Source: Myxococcota bacterium (GTDB lineage Bacteria > Myxococcota_A > Polyangia > Nannocystales > Nannocystaceae). From it: a DNA stretch of 64,000 nt. Shown piece by piece: positions 61,851 to 64,000 of the stretch. Position 1 is the first letter of the stretch. Each line of letters starts with the position of its first letter. Location: assembly GCA_039028615.1 (NCBI GenBank), contig JBCCHT010000005.1, positions 64,001 to 128,000 on the forward strand, in the 5' to 3' direction. The translations under genes were made by a program, and so were the position numbers. Under the pieces are notes generated by a model that saw only the letters and a list, made by a program, of their open reading frames with translations, ran no database searches and was not told where the DNA came from.

Positions 61851-63278
61851 CTACAGCGGGATCTGGCTCGAGGAGTCGGAGGCCACCAAGGTGGGCAGCC
61901 CGACCTGAGCCCGGGTCGGCGCGCGCCGACGTCGGATCTTCACCTTCACCCCGTTGCTGGCCCGAATGACGGTGGACAGCCGCGGCTGGGTGACGTGCCC
62001 GATCGACTGCAGCTCGAAGCGCCGGCTCATCATGGCCAAGGCCATGGTGGCTTCCATCATCGAGAGTTCTTGCCCGATGCAGCGGCGCGCCCCGGCACCG
62101 AAGGCCAGCCACGACATGGGGTGACGGCCGGCCACGCGCTCGGGCTCGAAGCGCTCGGGGTCGAAGGTCTCGGGCCGGACCCACAGCGCGGGGTGACGAT
62201 GAATGGTGTACGTGACGGGCGCGACGATGGTGCCGGCCTCGATGGCGTAGCCGCCGATCTCGTCGTCTTCCTGGGCGACGCGAGGCAGCCACCAGGCGGG
62301 CGGGTTGAGGCGAAGGGACTCTTGAATCGCCCATCGGGCGTAGCGCAGCCGACGGAGGTCGTCGAAGCGAGGCTCGCGGCCCCGGAGGACGGAGTCGGCC
62401 TCTTCGCGGAGGCGCTCCCAGTGCTCGGGGTGCGTGGTGAGGTAGTGCAGGGCCCACTGCAAGCCGGTGGCGGTGGTCTCGTAGCCGGCGAGGTAGAGGC
62501 TGGTGACCTCGTCGAGCAGCTGCCGCTCGGTCATGCCGCGGCCGGTGTCTTCGTCGACGGCCTGGACCATGAGGGCGAGTAAGTCGTCGTGCTCGTCGAT
62601 GCCCTGGCTCTGTTGGATGGCCTGGCGACGGCGCTCGATGATGCGGCGGAGGATCTGGTGGAGTCCGTCGACGGCGGCTTGGAAGCGTCGTCGGCCGGGG
62701 ACCGGAACCCACTCCGGCACGGCCTTGACCAGCATGCCGCGGAAGATGTGATCGATGGCGAAGCCGAGCGTCTCCTGGATGGCCGCGGAGTCACGGTGAG
62801 AGGTCTCGCCGCCGAACATGGTGGCGGAGATGACGTTCATCGTCAGGTGCGGCATGCGAGCGCCGATGTCGACGACGCTGAAGTCTCGGCCGACGTCGTC
62901 GAAGCTGAGCGAGCGGTCGAGCGCATCGGTGACCAGGGTCGTCAGGCCCTCGAGACGCCGCCGATGAAACTGCGGCTGCATCATTCGTCGCTGCCGCAAC
63001 CAGAACGCGCCTTCACTGGTGGGCAGGCCGTTGCCCAGCAGGTCCCGAAGGGATGCCCAGTAGGGACCGCCCTTGGGGTAGTTGCGCTGGTTCTTACGCA
63101 GGACGTAGTCGGCGTGCTCGGGGTGGTGAAGGGTCACCGCGTCGAAGAGCCCGAACCCGAGTCGGCAGACGTCGCCGACGGCACTCGCACGTCGTAGGGT
63201 GGCGAGTGGGTCGCGAAGGAGGCCCGGGAGACTGCCGACGAGAGGCAATCCACCGGCGCGGGGAACGGCACGCTGCAT
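61851..63278 (-). CDS. Cytochrome P450
   Basis: AGYETT, ESLR, FDPERF, FGAGARRCIG. Confidence 0.96.
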   Translation of the reverse strand: MQRAVPRAGGLPLVGSLPGLLRDPLATLRRASAVGDVCRLGFGLFDAVTLHHPEHADYVLRKNQRNYPKGGPYWASLRDLLGNGLPTSEGAFWLRQRRMMQPQFHRRRLEGLTTLVTDALDRSLSFDDVGRDFSVVDIGARMPHLTMNVISATMFGGETSHRDSAAIQETLGFAIDHIFRGMLVKAVPEWVPVPGRRRFQAAVDGLHQILRRIIERRRQAIQQSQGIDEHDDLLALMVQAVDEDTGRGMTERQLLDEVTSLYLAGYETTATGLQWALHYLTTHPEHWERLREEADSVLRGREPRFDDLRRLRYARWAIQESLRLNPPAWWLPRVAQEDDEIGGYAIEAGTIVAPVTYTIHRHPALWVRPETFDPERFEPERVAGRHPMSWLAFGAGARRCIGQELSMMEATMALAMMSRRFELQSIGHVTQPRLSTVIRASNGVKVKIRRRRAPTRAQVGLPTLVASDSSSQIPL

Positions 63279-63481
63279 GTATATGTAATGTGAACCATTA
63301 CGACGTTCATGCACGGAATGGGACCATTTTGGCCCGGGCGAAAGCACCGACATGAGCCGCACTGTGGGCGCTCGAAACCGTACGGACGTCCGGTCGGTTA
63401 CACGATCGTCAGACGCGATCGAGCGACGCTCGATTGTGCCCAGGTGCTCGCGCGAGGGCGCTCGACAGCGCTCGATTGTGC

Positions 63482-64000
63482 TCAGGTCAGGACGCGACGA
63501 CGACCGAGTGCAACGCGGCGAAGCAGCAGGTCGAGCACGAGCATCGGCACCAGCAGCACCCACAGCACGTAGGGCCACAGCGGCTTGGCGCGGGTTCGAC
63601 CGTGGGCTTCACCCTCGGTCTTCAGCAGCGAGTCCACGCTTCCTTCGTGCGTGCCGCGGACGGTCTCGGCCAACCACTCTGGGTCGGGTCGAAGCTGCGC
63701 AGGCGACAGCTCGGCCGGGTAGGGCACCGAGACCTGAGCGACGGCCTCGGCCGCGAGGCGACGGGGCTGCTGCGTCTCGTCGTAGAGCTTGGCCTTGACC
63801 AGGCGCTGACCGGTCTCGATTCCGCGCAGCTCGGCTTCGTAGCGCCCGGGCGCAGACAGGGCCAAGGGCACCGTTCGGCTTCGCGCGGGGTCGTCGGTGG
63901 CGAGGTTGGGGTCGACGATCTCGAGCTCGCCCACGAGGTCGTTGGCGAAGCCCTGGGGGGCCTCGACGTCGACGACGGCGCGGTAGGTGCCCGACTGCGT
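63482..64000 (-). CDS. C-terminal part of a membrane-anchored protein (probably VWA/GATase-like family), truncated by window edge
   Basis: Frame open to 64000; APGRYEA, Y..EL, PLWP..L....L.LDLLLRR tail. Confidence 0.6.
   Translation of the reverse strand, partial: TQSGTYRAVVDVEAPQGFANDLVGELEIVDPNLATDDPARSRTVPLALSAPGRYEAELRGIETGQRLVKAKLYDETQQPRRLAAEAVAQVSVPYPAELSPAQLRPDPEWLAETVRGTHEGSVDSLLKTEGEAHGRTRAKPLWPYVLWVLLVPMLVLDLLLRRVALGRRRVLT

Noticed and set aside
60036..63278. P450, hydrolase and protease as a biosynthetic gene cluster
   Set aside because: No PKS, NRPS or terpene core gene in the window, and the functions appear unrelated

Overview
GC-rich (~70% by eye) bacterial chromosomal window of about 50 CDSs. 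It is almost certainly Myxococcota, probably Nannocystaceae-like; this is inferred from MYXO-CTERM proteins, Cys-rich repeats, three Hanks kinases and many lipoproteins. Housekeeping and metabolic genes include tldD/tldE, mtnP plus a PfkB kinase, tsaE, ald, tRNA-Pro(CGG), an RND efflux operon, an M1 peptidase, an M48 protease and a P450. They are mixed with myxobacterial surface and signalling genes. No transposase, integrase, phage gene or CRISPR array was seen. Three signals stand out. (1) The ORF track splits a hidden selenoprotein gene in two at 32098-32694(-): an AhpD-like protein with an in-frame TGA in its CxxC motif (CEYU), followed by a SECIS-like hairpin and translationally coupled to a Cys-free CMD-like partner. 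(2) A 64-aa stand-alone bacterial histone lies at 44394-44588. (3) A TANNNT -10 box sits 6-9 nt upstream of 11 start codons, suggesting widespread leaderless transcription. Start codons were re-picked by hand. All product calls come from motif recognition, not database searches.
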